DNA of 64,000 bases, taken from positions 2,304,001 to 2,368,000 of the forward strand of contig CBDCDC010000002.1 of NCBI GenBank assembly GCA_965215195.1, given 5' to 3'. A program made the position numbers and the translations under genes. Shown piece after piece: positions 39,235 to 51,079 of the stretch; position 1 is the stretch's first letter; each line of letters starts with the position of its first letter. The notes under the pieces are model-generated. The model was not told the origin of the DNA. It made no database searches and was given only the letters and a program-made list of their open reading frames with translations. The stretch comes from Candidatus Latescibacterota bacterium (GTDB lineage: Bacteria; Latescibacterota; UBA2968; UBA8231).

Positions 39235-40050
39235 TTATTGTTCATCGCCGACGATCTCGACCTCGCTGCCCTTCTCACGCGCTTGGGCCTTAAACTCGGC
39301 CAACGCCTTGTCGAGGAGGGCCTGTGCCTCCTCAACCTCCTTGCCCCAAGCGACGATATCCACCGGCAGTCGCTGACCCTCGGCCGTGCGCTCGCTCAAC
39401 GCGACGAAGGCCTTGAGGTAGGTATTGGGACATTGGCTCATTACGCTGTGCAGGATCGGGCCGCACTGGGATTCGGGTAGGTTGACGACGACCCGCAACG
39501 AGAGCCGCACGTCGTCGTATATTCCGGCCAAGGCATCCTCTACCGACTGGCGGAACAGGGCCTCAACCTCGCGCGGCGGACCGGGCAGACTGTAAATTGT
39601 GGTCTCGCCGACCTGCGACTCCACGCAGGGAGCCACGCCCGCCGGATTGGGGTGAGCCGAGGAGCCGGCCGGTTTGGTCGCCATCTTGACCAGCCCTTCG
39701 CTGACGTCAGCGCGCCTTTCAATACTGCGGCTCTCCATGTAGTGCCTGACCAAGGTTTCATCTACTGCCGTGCTCACCCCCATGACCTTGGCGATGGCCT
39801 CAACCGTCATGTCGTCGGGCGTCGGCCCAAGTCCCCCGGTGGTGATCACCACTCGGGTGCCGCGCTGGCAGGCATCTTTGAGCGCACCGGTCAACTCGTC
39901 CATATCGTCGTCGAGGATTGCGATCCGACGCACATAGCCGCCCAGCGCTGCGATCTGCTGGGCCATCCAGAAAGAGTTGGTGTCTTGGATCTGTCCGTTT
40001 AACAGCTCGGTGCCGATTGAGTAAATTTCGATAGCCGGTCGGTCGGTCAT
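39235..40050 (-). CDS. CinA-like molybdopterin-binding domain protein
   Basis: IGTELLNGQIQDTN, TTGGLGPTPDDMT, LPGPPRE. Confidence 0.9.
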   Translation of the reverse strand: MTDRPAIEIYSIGTELLNGQIQDTNSFWMAQQIAALGGYVRRIAILDDDMDELTGALKDACQRGTRVVITTGGLGPTPDDMTVEAIAKVMGVSTAVDETLVRHYMESRSIERRADVSEGLVKMATKPAGSSAHPNPAGVAPCVESQVGETTIYSLPGPPREVEALFRQSVEDALAGIYDDVRLSLRVVVNLPESQCGPILHSVMSQCPNTYLKAFVALSERTAEGQRLPVDIVAWGKEVEEAQALLDKALAEFKAQAREKGSEVEIVGDEQ

Positions 40051-40195
40051 AATCTCTTTCTCTGCGGTTGTGATAGGCAAGAAGGATCGGATATGCACCG
40101 GGCATTGAACCCAGCTAGGCAGTGGCAATATAACAAGCCGGAATAAACGATTCGAGTGGTAAATCGTCTTGTTCCTACTATCTGATGTAGGATGC

Positions 40196-40346
40196 CTTAG
40201 TACACGACCCCTAAAGTAGGCGACCCTTACTTTGAGTACGCCTTTTCTGCGGTTTCCGCTGGGTGCGGGATCGAGGGCGTCCCCCCTCGACGAGGGCAAG
40301 ATGCCCTCGATCCTTGGCCGGCTGAGGACTAGTGTCGTGTAGTAAG
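40196..40346 (-). mobile_element. MITE family A, copy 3
   Basis: Termini CTTAGTACACGACCC / AGTGTCGTGTAGTAAG. Flanks GTAGGATGC and GTAGGATGT (8/9 match). Confidence 0.9.
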
Positions 40347-40409
40347 GTAGGATGTATATTAGAGCCTAATCCAACTTCAACCGTGCTGTCGAATTACAAG
40401 GAGAAAAAT

Positions 40410-40892
40410 ATGAGCAGCGTCCACGACTTCACGGCCCAAACCATCCGCGGCCAAGACGCCGACCTAGCCGCCTACGCCGGCAAGGCGCTTCTCGTCGTCA
40501 ATGTGGCCAGTGAGTGCGGCCTGACTCCGCAATACGCCGACCTAGAGGCCCTGCATCGCCAATACGCCGCCAAGGGCCTCGTGGTTCTCGGCTTTCCCTG
40601 CAACCAGTTCGGGGGGCAAGAGCCCAACAGCGAGGCGCAGATCCTCCACTTCTGTCAGACCCGCTACGACGTCAGTTTTCCGCTCTTTGGCAAGATAGAG
40701 GTCAACGGCCCCAACCGGCATCCGCTCTATGCCTATCTCGCCGGCGAGGGCGCGGCTTTTCCCGGTGCCATCTCGTGGAACTTCGAGAAATTTCTCATCG
40801 ACAAGGACGGGCAACCGCTGGCCCGTTTCGCGCCCCGCACCACACCCCGCGATCCGAAGCTGGTCGCGGCTGTCGGAGAGGCCCTCGCGTGA
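40410..40892 (+). CDS. Glutathione peroxidase (Cys type)
   Basis: NVASECG, GFPCNQFGGQEP, WNFEKFL. Confidence 0.95.
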   Translation: MSSVHDFTAQTIRGQDADLAAYAGKALLVVNVASECGLTPQYADLEALHRQYAAKGLVVLGFPCNQFGGQEPNSEAQILHFCQTRYDVSFPLFGKIEVNGPNRHPLYAYLAGEGAAFPGAISWNFEKFLIDKDGQPLARFAPRTTPRDPKLVAAVGEALA

Positions 40893-42295
40893 CGCGCCCC
40901 AACATCGTCTTTATTCTCATCGACGATATGGGCTGGAAGGACCTCGTCTGCTACGGCAGTTCCTTCTACGAAACGCCCCACATCGACCGCCTCGCCCGCG
41001 AGGGCATGCGCTTTACCGACGCGTACGCGGCCTGCCCGGTCTGCTCGCCGACCCGCGCCAGCATCCTCACCGGCCAGTACCCGGCCACCGTTGGCATCAC
41101 CGACTGGATCGACGTGCATGGGCACATTCACCCGGCGCGTGGCCAGCTCGTCGATGTGCCGTATCTCAAGCAACTGCCAACGCAAGAACACGCGCTGGCC
41201 CGCGCCCTCAACGAGGGCGGCTATCAGACGTGGCACGTAGGCAAGTGGCACTTGGGCGGCGACGGGCACCTGCCCGCAGACCACGGCTTTGAAGTCAACA
41301 TTGGCGGCGCGCACCAAGGCTCGCCCGGGCGGGGCGGGTACTTCAGCCCTTGGACCATTCCCCCTTTAGAGGACGCCGATGTACCAGAGGGCACGTACCT
41401 AACCGACTACCTGACCGACCAAGTGCTCAACTTGGTGCGCAACCGGGACGAGCGGCCCTTCTTTTTGAACCTTTGGCACTACACCGTCCACACGCCGATC
41501 CAAGCCAAACGAGAAAAGATCGCCCACTACGAAGCCAAAGCCCGCGCCCTCGGCTTGGATCGAGTCGCAGCTTTTGCCGAGGGCGCGTACTTTCCCTGCG
41601 AGCACAAGAAGGACCAGCGCGTCAAACGGCGGCTCATCCAATCCGATCCGGTTTACGCGGCCATGATCGAGAGCCTCGACGAAAACTTGGGCCGCCTCTT
41701 CGCCTTGCTCGACGCGCTCGGCGAGGCCGAAAACACCGTCGTGTTTTTCACCTCGGACAACGGCGGCCTCGCCACCTCCGAAGGCTCGCCGACCTGTAAC
41801 GCGCCGCTGGCCGAGGGCAAGGGCTGGATGTACGAAGGCGGCACCCGCGAACCCTTGCTGGTGCGCTGGCCCGGCCAGATCGCCCGAGGCAGCATCTGCT
41901 CAGTCCCAGTGACCAGCCCGGACTTCTACCCGACGATCCTCGAACTGGCCGGCTTAGACCCCATCCCCGCGCAGCACTGCGACGGTACGAGCATCGCGCC
42001 CTTGTTGCGCGGCGTCGAATCCATTGAGCGCGAGGCCATCTTCTGGCACTATCCGCACTACGGCAATCAGGGCGGCACCCCGGGCTCGTCCGTGCGCGCC
42101 GGCGACTACAAGCTGATCGAGTTTTTTGAAGGCGGGCGGCTGGAACTCTACAATCTGCGCGACGACATCGGCGAAGAGCGCAATCTAGCCGAGCAGATGC
42201 CGCAAATCCGCGACCGGCTGCACGGTCTATTGCGCGAGTGGCGCGAAAACGTGGAAGCCAAAATTCCCCAGCCCAATCCCAATTGGCGCGGCTGA
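40889..42295 (+). CDS. Sulfatase (Cys/formylglycine type)
   Basis: PNIVFILIDDMG, CSPTRASILTG, GKWHLG, SDNGG. GTGA overlap with the peroxidase stop. Confidence 0.95.
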   Translation: MTRPNIVFILIDDMGWKDLVCYGSSFYETPHIDRLAREGMRFTDAYAACPVCSPTRASILTGQYPATVGITDWIDVHGHIHPARGQLVDVPYLKQLPTQEHALARALNEGGYQTWHVGKWHLGGDGHLPADHGFEVNIGGAHQGSPGRGGYFSPWTIPPLEDADVPEGTYLTDYLTDQVLNLVRNRDERPFFLNLWHYTVHTPIQAKREKIAHYEAKARALGLDRVAAFAEGAYFPCEHKKDQRVKRRLIQSDPVYAAMIESLDENLGRLFALLDALGEAENTVVFFTSDNGGLATSEGSPTCNAPLAEGKGWMYEGGTREPLLVRWPGQIARGSICSVPVTSPDFYPTILELAGLDPIPAQHCDGTSIAPLLRGVESIEREAIFWHYPHYGNQGGTPGSSVRAGDYKLIEFFEGGRLELYNLRDDIGEERNLAEQMPQIRDRLHGLLREWRENVEAKIPQPNPNWRG

Positions 42296-42332
42296 AGCGG
42301 TATGTTTAGCTAAAAAACGGAGATCGCCGTCT

Positions 42333-43828
<1,496 letters not shown>

Positions 43829-43932
43829 TTACCCTCGTCTCTAAATTGTTTGGTTGTCAGGGTGATAACGTATAGTCAAGTTATCGTATTGGGAGGAACG
43901 CTACGTGAGCAAGAATGAACTAGGCGAACACA

Positions 43933-43950
43933 GGTTGTCATTTGACAACC
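43933..43950. promoter_or_regulatory. Palindromic operator candidate overlapping a TTGACA box
   Basis: GGTTGTCA-TT-TGACAACC, 40 bp upstream of the two-gene module. A related site lies at 43852-43869. Confidence 0.55.
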
Positions 43951-43990
43951 CCTCAACTTCCTTCCACTTTTTGTAAGAAGCTGCATCCCA

Positions 43991-44254
43991 ATGGCGAGAA
44001 AAGCTCATCCCAAACGAGAAATCGAGGCCGCTCTCAAACATGCAGAAGAACACGGATGGAGAGTCGAAGTAGGGGGTGGACACGCATGGGGTAAAATCTA
44101 CTGCCCCTATAATGACAGCGAGTGCAGATGCGGGGAATTCTGCATAGCCAGCATTTGGAGCACCCCGCGCAACCTTGGGAACCACGCAAGACAAATTCGT
44201 CGAGTCGTTGACCACTGCACTACCCGTATGAGAAGCGAAAACGGCGAGAGATGA
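43991..44254 (+). CDS. Small Cys/His-containing HicA-like protein (putative toxin)
   Basis: HPKREIEAAL...GWRV...GHAWG..YC...WSTPRN. Confidence 0.65.
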   Translation: MARKAHPKREIEAALKHAEEHGWRVEVGGGHAWGKIYCPYNDSECRCGEFCIASIWSTPRNLGNHARQIRRVVDHCTTRMRSENGER

Positions 44255-44787
44255 AAATGCACGAGTACGAGTTTACCTTGAAATTCAGCTTACAAAACGC
44301 GCAAGCCGACCCGCAGGAATACGTTGAGTCATTGGGTAAAGCCGGATGCGACGATGCCCTAATTGGCATTGGTCAATGCGGGCGCATCGCGTTCAGTTTT
44401 ACGCGAGAATCGATATCTGCTTACGAAGCTGTCTCAAGTGCCATAAAAGATATTCGCAAAGTGCTCCCCAATGCGAAACTGGTAGAAGCTGTTCCCGACC
44501 TTGTCGGGCTGACAGAGGTTGCCGAGCTATTGGGCTTCACGCGACAGAACATGCGCAAACTCATGATTCGCGCTGGTGCAACCTTTCCTGCACCAGTGCG
44601 CGATGGCAAACCGGCGATATGGCATCTATCTCAGATCCTATCTTGGATGACTAAGACTGGAAAATACGAGATCAACGAAGCGTTAATAGACGTTACAAAA
44701 ACCAACATGATGTATAATGTTGCCATAGCAAGCCAAGAGCTCGATCCTCAATTTCAACAAAAAATTATCCCACTGATTCGGGCGTGA
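44251..44787 (+). CDS. HTH (AlpA-like) DNA-binding protein (putative antitoxin)
   Basis: PDLVGLTEVAELLGFTRQNMRKL...FPAP. ATGA coupling to the upstream gene. Confidence 0.75.
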   Translation: MKMHEYEFTLKFSLQNAQADPQEYVESLGKAGCDDALIGIGQCGRIAFSFTRESISAYEAVSSAIKDIRKVLPNAKLVEAVPDLVGLTEVAELLGFTRQNMRKLMIRAGATFPAPVRDGKPAIWHLSQILSWMTKTGKYEINEALIDVTKTNMMYNVAIASQELDPQFQQKIIPLIRA

Positions 44788-45689
44788 CTGGAACAGTCCC
44801 CACGCCAACCCGCTACCGCGACCGCCAAACCGGGTCTATCGTCGTCGAGCACGTTCCCGGACAGTCCCTCCTCCGCTGGTTCTACGGCACGAGCACGGGG
44901 CAGCTCGTTTTTCGCGCCATCCTCAACCGGCCTCTTTTCTCCCGCTTCTACGGCTGGTGGAAGCAAATCACTTGGACTCGGCGTCAAATCCGCCCTTTTG
45001 CCGAGCGCTACCACATCGACCTCGACGAAATCGAACATCCCCTCAGCCACTATTCCAACTTCAACGACTTTTTCATTCGCCGCCTCAAGCCCGGAGCCAG
45101 ACCCTGCGACCCCGACCCCGAGCGCCTCTGTTGCCCAGCCGATGGCAAGGTCCTCGTCTATCCGCAGCTCGCCCCCGAGGAAGTACTGCCGGTCAAAAGC
45201 AACCAACTCGCAGCCCGCGAACTCCTAGCCGCAGCAATCGACCCCACCCCGTATCACAGCGGTGCCGCCCTCGTCGTGCGCCTCGCCCCGTACGACTATC
45301 ACCGCTTCCACTTCCCAGCCGACGGCCAAGTAGGTCAAACCCAGTGGATCGACGGCTCCTATCACTCGGTCAACCCCATCGCCCTCGCCCGCGTGCCCGA
45401 CGTTTTCCACCGCAACCGGCGCGCCGTCTGCGAGCTAGCGACACCCACCTTCGGCAGGATTGCCTACATCGAAGTCGGTGCTATCAACGTCGCCAGCATC
45501 GTCCAGACGTACTCGCCTGGGCCTTGCGAGCGCGGCCAAGAAAAGGGCTTTTTCCAGTTCGGCGGCTCAACCGTCGTGCTGCTCTTTGAGCCGGGGGCGA
45601 TTGCCTTTGACAGCGATCTAGTGGCCGACTCCGCAGCCGGCCTAGAGGTACACGTCCGCACCGGGGCCGGCGTCGGCAGCCGCGCTTGA
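44784..45689 (+). CDS. psd: Phosphatidylserine decarboxylase
   Basis: FNDFFIRRLKPGARP, PADGK, RLAPYDYHRFHFP, FGGST autocleavage motif. Confidence 0.93.
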   Translation: MTGTVPTPTRYRDRQTGSIVVEHVPGQSLLRWFYGTSTGQLVFRAILNRPLFSRFYGWWKQITWTRRQIRPFAERYHIDLDEIEHPLSHYSNFNDFFIRRLKPGARPCDPDPERLCCPADGKVLVYPQLAPEEVLPVKSNQLAARELLAAAIDPTPYHSGAALVVRLAPYDYHRFHFPADGQVGQTQWIDGSYHSVNPIALARVPDVFHRNRRAVCELATPTFGRIAYIEVGAINVASIVQTYSPGPCERGQEKGFFQFGGSTVVLLFEPGAIAFDSDLVADSAAGLEVHVRTGAGVGSRA

Positions 45690-45750
45690 CCCGCTCCGGC
45701 GGCTGCGGCAAATTTCCCGCTCTGCAATCCCCTATCTCTGGAGGCTACTT

Positions 45751-46731
45751 ATGTCCCTGCAAATGCGCGTAGGTCTGGGCCAGTTCAACGAACTCACCGA
45801 CGAAAAGCTCGCCTTTATCAAGCAGATGGGCTGCGACGATTTTCTGATGAATACCCCCAAGCTCCCCGGCGACAAGCAATGGGAATACGAGGACTTGGCC
45901 GCTCTCAAAAAGCGGGCCGACGATGCCGAGCTGCGGCTGATGGCCCTCGAAAACGTGCCCACCTCGTTTTACGACAAAATCATGCTCGGGCAAAGCGGCC
46001 GCGAAGAACAGCTCCAGCACATGAGCAACACCGTGCGCAATATGGGCAAGGCCGGCATCCCAATCCTCGGCTACCACTGGATCCCCAACAGCGTCTGGCG
46101 CACGCCCGAGCCGGCGACCTTGCGCGGCGGCGCTCGCGCCACTCGCTTTGCCCTCGCCGAGCACAATCCCGAAGAACTGACCCATGGCCGCGTCTTCACC
46201 CACGACGAGATGTGGGAAAACTACTGCTGGTATTTGGAGCGCATCCTGCCCGTAGCCGAGGAAACCGATGTGCGTCTAGCCCTGCACCCGGACGACCCGC
46301 CCACCGGCACGACCCTCGGCGGCATAGCGCGGATATGCAGTTCTTTCGACGACTTCAAGCGCAACATGGACACCTTCGACAGCCCGCATCACGGGCTCGA
46401 CTTCTGCATGGGGTGCTGGTCGGAGATGGGCGGCCACGACAGCGTCATCCGCGCCGTGCGCCACTTCGGCGGGCAAAAGAAAATTATCTACATCCACTTC
46501 CGCGATGTCATCGGGCCGGTGGAGGACTTCCACGAGACCTTCATCGACTGCGGTCAAGTCGATACCTTCGAGGTCGTCAAGACGCTCAAGGCAGTCGGTT
46601 TCGACGGCTTTATGATCACCGATCACGTGCCCCACATTGTCGATGATTCGCCTTGGGGGCACCGGGGGCGCGCCCATTGCGTGGGCTTTATGCAGGCCCT
46701 GATCCAAGTGGTCGACAAGCTCGGCGCGTGA
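45751..46731 (+). CDS. uxuA: Mannonate dehydratase-family protein, second paralog
   Basis: LALHPDDPP, HFRDV, DHVP. Confidence 0.85.
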   Translation: MSLQMRVGLGQFNELTDEKLAFIKQMGCDDFLMNTPKLPGDKQWEYEDLAALKKRADDAELRLMALENVPTSFYDKIMLGQSGREEQLQHMSNTVRNMGKAGIPILGYHWIPNSVWRTPEPATLRGGARATRFALAEHNPEELTHGRVFTHDEMWENYCWYLERILPVAEETDVRLALHPDDPPTGTTLGGIARICSSFDDFKRNMDTFDSPHHGLDFCMGCWSEMGGHDSVIRAVRHFGGQKKIIYIHFRDVIGPVEDFHETFIDCGQVDTFEVVKTLKAVGFDGFMITDHVPHIVDDSPWGHRGRAHCVGFMQALIQVVDKLGA

Positions 46732-46763
46732 CCCGAAATATCAGGGGATTTAGCAAAGGCATG

Positions 46764-47843
46764 CTATGCGTGCAATAAAGACGCAAGACCCATCCAATCG
46801 GCTAGTTTTTCATGCTGGAAAATCATAGTCTCTTGGATGCTCGACAGCCGTCCTTTTCCCGCTGCTTTGGCCCGTTGGTACATGGCGTGGGCAATGGCCA
46901 CATCGACATAGGCTAGACCCACTGCATTGAAATAGATCCGCTCCTCGGCTGTTTCCCGGCCGCCCTTTTCGCCAGCAACGACTTCGACCAAATTCGCGTA
47001 AATATCCTCGTCGAAGAGCTCGCCATCCTTGTACATGCGACTGAGCGTTTGCGTTCTATGCTTTACGGTCTCCCAATCGTCGCACACAATTTTATCGCAC
47101 TGTTTCGCCACTCCATATTCGTCCTCCCAGCCACCGATATGGCTGTAGAAGGCACCGGGCTTCATCCACGCCGCTTTGAGCAGAGGCGCTTGCGCACTAG
47201 TGGCGGTGACGAGAATATCGGCACCCTCCATGGCCCGCTGTGCATTCGCATCCGAGGCAACAAAGCGAAGATCGCTAAAGAGGGGCCTCATCTCTTCGAC
47301 GAACTGCCTTTCTTCGCGGGCATATTTGGCGGAAATTCGGCACTCCTCAAGGGTTGGGATCGCGGCCTTCATGGCAATTAAGTGCATCTTAGCCTGCTCG
47401 CCCGCGCCTATGAAAGCAATGCTCGTAGAATCCGGCTTGGCGAAATGCTTTGCAGCAATGGCACCCATCGCGCCCACGCGCACATTTGAGCAAAGGGTGC
47501 CGTCCATGAAAGCGATGGGGAATCCTCTCTCAATCTCGGATAGTATGATGACAGCAGAGAGGTTCTGCACACCGTACTGCTCGGGATTGGTGGGAAATAC
47601 GGATACCCATTTGACTCCGCATACCTTTTCGGGCAACAGCGTTGCTGGTAGGCAGTTGATGCGATCTTGGGTACTGTCATTGAAAATCTGGACCACTTTT
47701 TCTGGAAAAAGGATCTCATCTCTGCGGAAGGCAAGCATGGCGTTTTCCGCCGCGCTCATGGCCAAGCGCATATCCAAGCATCCCGCTTGCAGGAGATCCT
47801 CCTGCGAAAGAAAGAGGCATTCAATGCGGTTCTTATCAGTCAT
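46764..47843 (-). CDS. Ornithine cyclodeaminase/mu-crystallin family protein
   Basis: GVKWVSVFP.N, IGAGEQA, ADILVTAT, FNAVGLAYVD. Confidence 0.9.
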   Translation of the reverse strand: MTDKNRIECLFLSQEDLLQAGCLDMRLAMSAAENAMLAFRRDEILFPEKVVQIFNDSTQDRINCLPATLLPEKVCGVKWVSVFPTNPEQYGVQNLSAVIILSEIERGFPIAFMDGTLCSNVRVGAMGAIAAKHFAKPDSTSIAFIGAGEQAKMHLIAMKAAIPTLEECRISAKYAREERQFVEEMRPLFSDLRFVASDANAQRAMEGADILVTATSAQAPLLKAAWMKPGAFYSHIGGWEDEYGVAKQCDKIVCDDWETVKHRTQTLSRMYKDGELFDEDIYANLVEVVAGEKGGRETAEERIYFNAVGLAYVDVAIAHAMYQRAKAAGKGRLSSIQETMIFQHEKLADWMGLASLLHA

Positions 47844-47927
47844 GGTTTCGCCTTTCTCGTGACCTGTTTAGTTTTGTGGAAACTACTTGGAGCACAAACG
47901 ATAATCCACCTAAGGCATTTTGATCAA

Positions 47928-48764
47928 ATGCGAACCGCGGCCGCGCCGCTCGCATCCTGCCGCCGTGCTCGCCGACCAAGCACGCGTCTCCTTCTCACAC
48001 TTCTGCTCGGCACCCCGGCCCTAGCCCAAGACGAGCGCCCCCCCATATCAATCCCCCAACCCGAACACCAGCGCGCGACCCCGACACCGGGCACTCCCTT
48101 GACCATCGTCCAAGTGAGCTATAGAGAGGCGATCAAGGAGCGCGACTATCTCTCGCTGGCCGCGCAGGAACTGGTGAGCTTCACTCGCGTATCGACCCAA
48201 CTCGAAGTGCCCCTGCACTCGCGCGTCCTCACCCTCGACGACCCGCGCATCGCGGACGCGCTGATGCTCTACATGACCGGCTTTGACTGCGTCATACGCC
48301 TAGACGAGCGCGAAAAGCAAGGGCTTGCCCGCTACCTGCACAGCGGCGGCCTGCTCTTTGCCGAGGATATCCTGCCCTTAGAGGCGAATGTTCGCGGATC
48401 CGCTGGCGTAGCCGGCACCCCCTTCGACCGGCAGTTCAAGGCCCTGCTCAAAGACCCGCAAGTCCTCGGCAGTAAGGGAGGCCGCTGGCGCAAGTTGCCC
48501 AAGAGCGATCCCCTGTACTCGGCCTATTTCGACTTCCCCGATGGGCCGCCCCTGAGCGGCACGAACCGGGGCAATGTCTTCGCCTTGGAAGCTATAGAAC
48601 TCAAGGGCCGGGTCGCCGTTATCTTCAGCGATCTCAACATTAGCTGGTCTTGGGGCAACCGCGACGCCGAAGGCCGCGACCGCAGCTTGCAGTTCGGCAC
48701 CAACCTCTTGGTCTGTGCGCTGGCGCAAAAATACGCGGGCCGACCCCTGCCCTTCCGGCGCTGA
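47928..48764 (+). CDS. DUF4159-like protein
   Basis: LYMTG...LARYLHSGGLLFAED...GRVAVIFS...GTN. Start uncertain. Confidence 0.7.
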   Translation: MRTAAAPLASCRRARRPSTRLLLTLLLGTPALAQDERPPISIPQPEHQRATPTPGTPLTIVQVSYREAIKERDYLSLAAQELVSFTRVSTQLEVPLHSRVLTLDDPRIADALMLYMTGFDCVIRLDEREKQGLARYLHSGGLLFAEDILPLEANVRGSAGVAGTPFDRQFKALLKDPQVLGSKGGRWRKLPKSDPLYSAYFDFPDGPPLSGTNRGNVFALEAIELKGRVAVIFSDLNISWSWGNRDAEGRDRSLQFGTNLLVCALAQKYAGRPLPFRR

Positions 48765-48765
48765 G

Positions 48766-49683
48766 ATGGGTGCTGGCGCGGCGCACTCCGCCCAAATTCG
48801 CAGCGACCTCCTGCTCCTGCTCACAGCTCTGATCTGGGGTTTTGCCTTCGTCGCCCAACGCGCTGGCATGGAGCACGTCGGCCCCTTCTTCTTCAATGGC
48901 GTGCGCTTCGCCCTCGGCTGCTTGCCGCTTTTGCCCTTTGTCCTGCGCACCACCACCACACCGCTCGCATCCCGCCTCCGCCACGCCCTCCGAGGCGGCC
49001 TACTCGCCGGGCTTTTTCTTTTTACCGCCGCTTCCCTGCAACAGGTCGGCATCGTTTACACTACGGCCGGCAAGGCCGGGTTCATCACTGGGCTATACGT
49101 AATTCTAGTGCCAATCCTCGCCTTGTTGCTGCGGCATCGCAGTCGCCGTAGCACTTGGACCGGTGCTTTGGTGGCGACCGCCGGCCTGTACCTGCTGAGC
49201 GTGGAGCCGCCGCTGGCCATGGCCCACGGCGACGCGCTCGTGCTCGCAAGCGCGTTCTTTTGGGCCGGGCACGTGCTGGTCATCGGCAGCCTCTCGCGTC
49301 AGCTCGATTGGGCGGTGCTCGCTTTTTTGCAATTCCTCGTCTGCTCGCTCCTCAGCGCGGCCGTCGCCATCGCCACCGAGCCTATCGCCCTGCAACCGCT
49401 CGTCCATGCAGCCGTACCCGTGTTTTACGGGGGCGTGCTGTCGGTGGGCGTGGCCTATACCCTGCAAGTGGTGGCTCAGCGGCGGGCGGCCCCCGGCCAT
49501 GCGGCCATCATCCTCAGTCTGGAGACGGTTTTCGCGGCGTTGGGAGGGTGGCTTTTGCTACACGAGGAGATGCCCGTGCGCGGGCTGGTCGGGTGTGGGC
49601 TGATGTTGGCGGGGATGCTGATCTCGCAGGTGGGATTGGGGCGGACCTGCAAGAGTCTAAGGGCCGCGTCGAGACTGAAGTAA
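48766..49683 (+). CDS. EamA/DMT-family transporter
   Basis: LIWGFAFVAQ, AGFITGLYV, ILSLETVFA, ten TM segments. Confidence 0.92.
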   Translation: MGAGAAHSAQIRSDLLLLLTALIWGFAFVAQRAGMEHVGPFFFNGVRFALGCLPLLPFVLRTTTTPLASRLRHALRGGLLAGLFLFTAASLQQVGIVYTTAGKAGFITGLYVILVPILALLLRHRSRRSTWTGALVATAGLYLLSVEPPLAMAHGDALVLASAFFWAGHVLVIGSLSRQLDWAVLAFLQFLVCSLLSAAVAIATEPIALQPLVHAAVPVFYGGVLSVGVAYTLQVVAQRRAAPGHAAIILSLETVFAALGGWLLLHEEMPVRGLVGCGLMLAGMLISQVGLGRTCKSLRAASRLK

Positions 49684-49772
49684 AGACGCGGCCTATAAAA
49701 AAAGGGGAGAAGGGAGGAATGAGGGGCGGCGGCCGTACAGAAGGGAAGGGCTGCACGACTTCTGACCCTATG

Positions 49773-49908
49773 CTTACTACCCGACACCAGCCCTCAGCCT
49801 GCCAAGGATCGAGGGCATCTTGCCCTCGTCAAGGACGGGACGTCCTTGATCCCGGACCCATCGGAAACAGCAGAAAATGCGTACTCAAAGTAAGTGTCGT
49901 GTACTAAG
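49773..49908 (+). mobile_element. MITE family A, copy 4 (short)
   Basis: Termini CTTACTACCCGACAC / GTGTCGTGTACTAAG. Flanks GACCCTATG at 49764-49772 and 49909-49917. Confidence 0.9.
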
Positions 49909-50088
49909 GACCCTATGTAAAAAATGGCAGTGGAATTTTACAGGAGAGAGTACGATGTACAACGCCACCACAGACAAGAATAGGACCGCAGGACGAATAG
50001 GCTCCGTTGCTCCCCTAAGAGGGCTGCTCTATACTATGCCGTTCAACGCTAACCCACGCTAAACTCCGCACCTAGAGAAAGGATCAAA

Positions 50089-51045
50089 ATGTCGGACATC
50101 GCACTGACCAACCCATTTTCCCTCAGCACGGACGACGGCTACACTTGGCTCAAGGGCAATCTCCACTCGCACACCACCAATTCCGACGGCAAAGCCGCGC
50201 CCCAAGAGCGACTTGACGGCTATGTCGGCCAAGGCTACGACTTCCTCTGCCTGTCCGACCACCACAAAATCACCTTTGTCGATACCGTGCAGGCCCCGAG
50301 CGACTTCGTGCTCATTCAAGGGGCCGAACTGCACCCGGACAATCCCTTCGGCGGCCAGCGGCACCATTTCCTCTGCCTCCATATCCACGAGGACATGGAC
50401 GCCGAGAAGATGCCCCCCCAGCACGTCATCGACGAGGTCCGGCACCAAGGCGGTGCGGTCTGGCTGGCCCATCCCCATTGGAGTTCGGTCAACATCCTGC
50501 GCGACGCGCTGCCGCTTTCCGGCTTCGCCGGCATTGAGGTCTTCAATACCACCTGCCGCTGCGCCGGACGCGGCGAGTCGAGCGTACATTGGGACGACTG
50601 GATGGAGCTAGAGAATCGCCTCTATCCCGCGCTGGCCAACGACGATTCGCACGCCCTCGAAGCCGACCGGCGCGACACGTACCAAGGCTGGACTTGGGTC
50701 CGCGTCAAAGAGCGCACGGCCGACGCAATCGTTGCCGCCCTAGTCGCCGGTGCTTCGTACGGCAGCACTGGACCCGCAATCCACGACATCCAGCTCCGCC
50801 GCACCGACCGCGAAGGCGACGAGCGCACACAGGTCGAAGCTACAGTGTCCTGCTCGCCGGCCCAGCGCATCGCGGCAGTGTCCGACTTCTTCGGTGCCGA
50901 GTACCATCAGCATGGTGCTCTCTTTGAGACCGCGACCTTCGCACTCAGGGCCAATGTCCGCTGGGTGCGCTTCGAGGTCATCGACAGCCGCGGCCACAAG
51001 GCGTGGTCCAATCCGTTTGATCTAACGGGTCTTAGGCGGGAGTAA
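50089..51045 (+). CDS. PHP-fold metallohydrolase (CehA/McbA-like)
   Basis: KGNLHSHTTNSDG, SDHH, AHPHW, IEVFN, NDDSH, AWSNP. Confidence 0.88.
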   Translation: MSDIALTNPFSLSTDDGYTWLKGNLHSHTTNSDGKAAPQERLDGYVGQGYDFLCLSDHHKITFVDTVQAPSDFVLIQGAELHPDNPFGGQRHHFLCLHIHEDMDAEKMPPQHVIDEVRHQGGAVWLAHPHWSSVNILRDALPLSGFAGIEVFNTTCRCAGRGESSVHWDDWMELENRLYPALANDDSHALEADRRDTYQGWTWVRVKERTADAIVAALVAGASYGSTGPAIHDIQLRRTDREGDERTQVEATVSCSPAQRIAAVSDFFGAEYHQHGALFETATFALRANVRWVRFEVIDSRGHKAWSNPFDLTGLRRE

Positions 51046-51079
51046 GCCGCCTATCGCCCCCTGTCGAAGGACCAATATC

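Noticed and set aside
40410-40892. Selenocysteine in the glutathione peroxidase
   Set aside because: The active-site codon is TGC (Cys) and there is no in-frame TGA.
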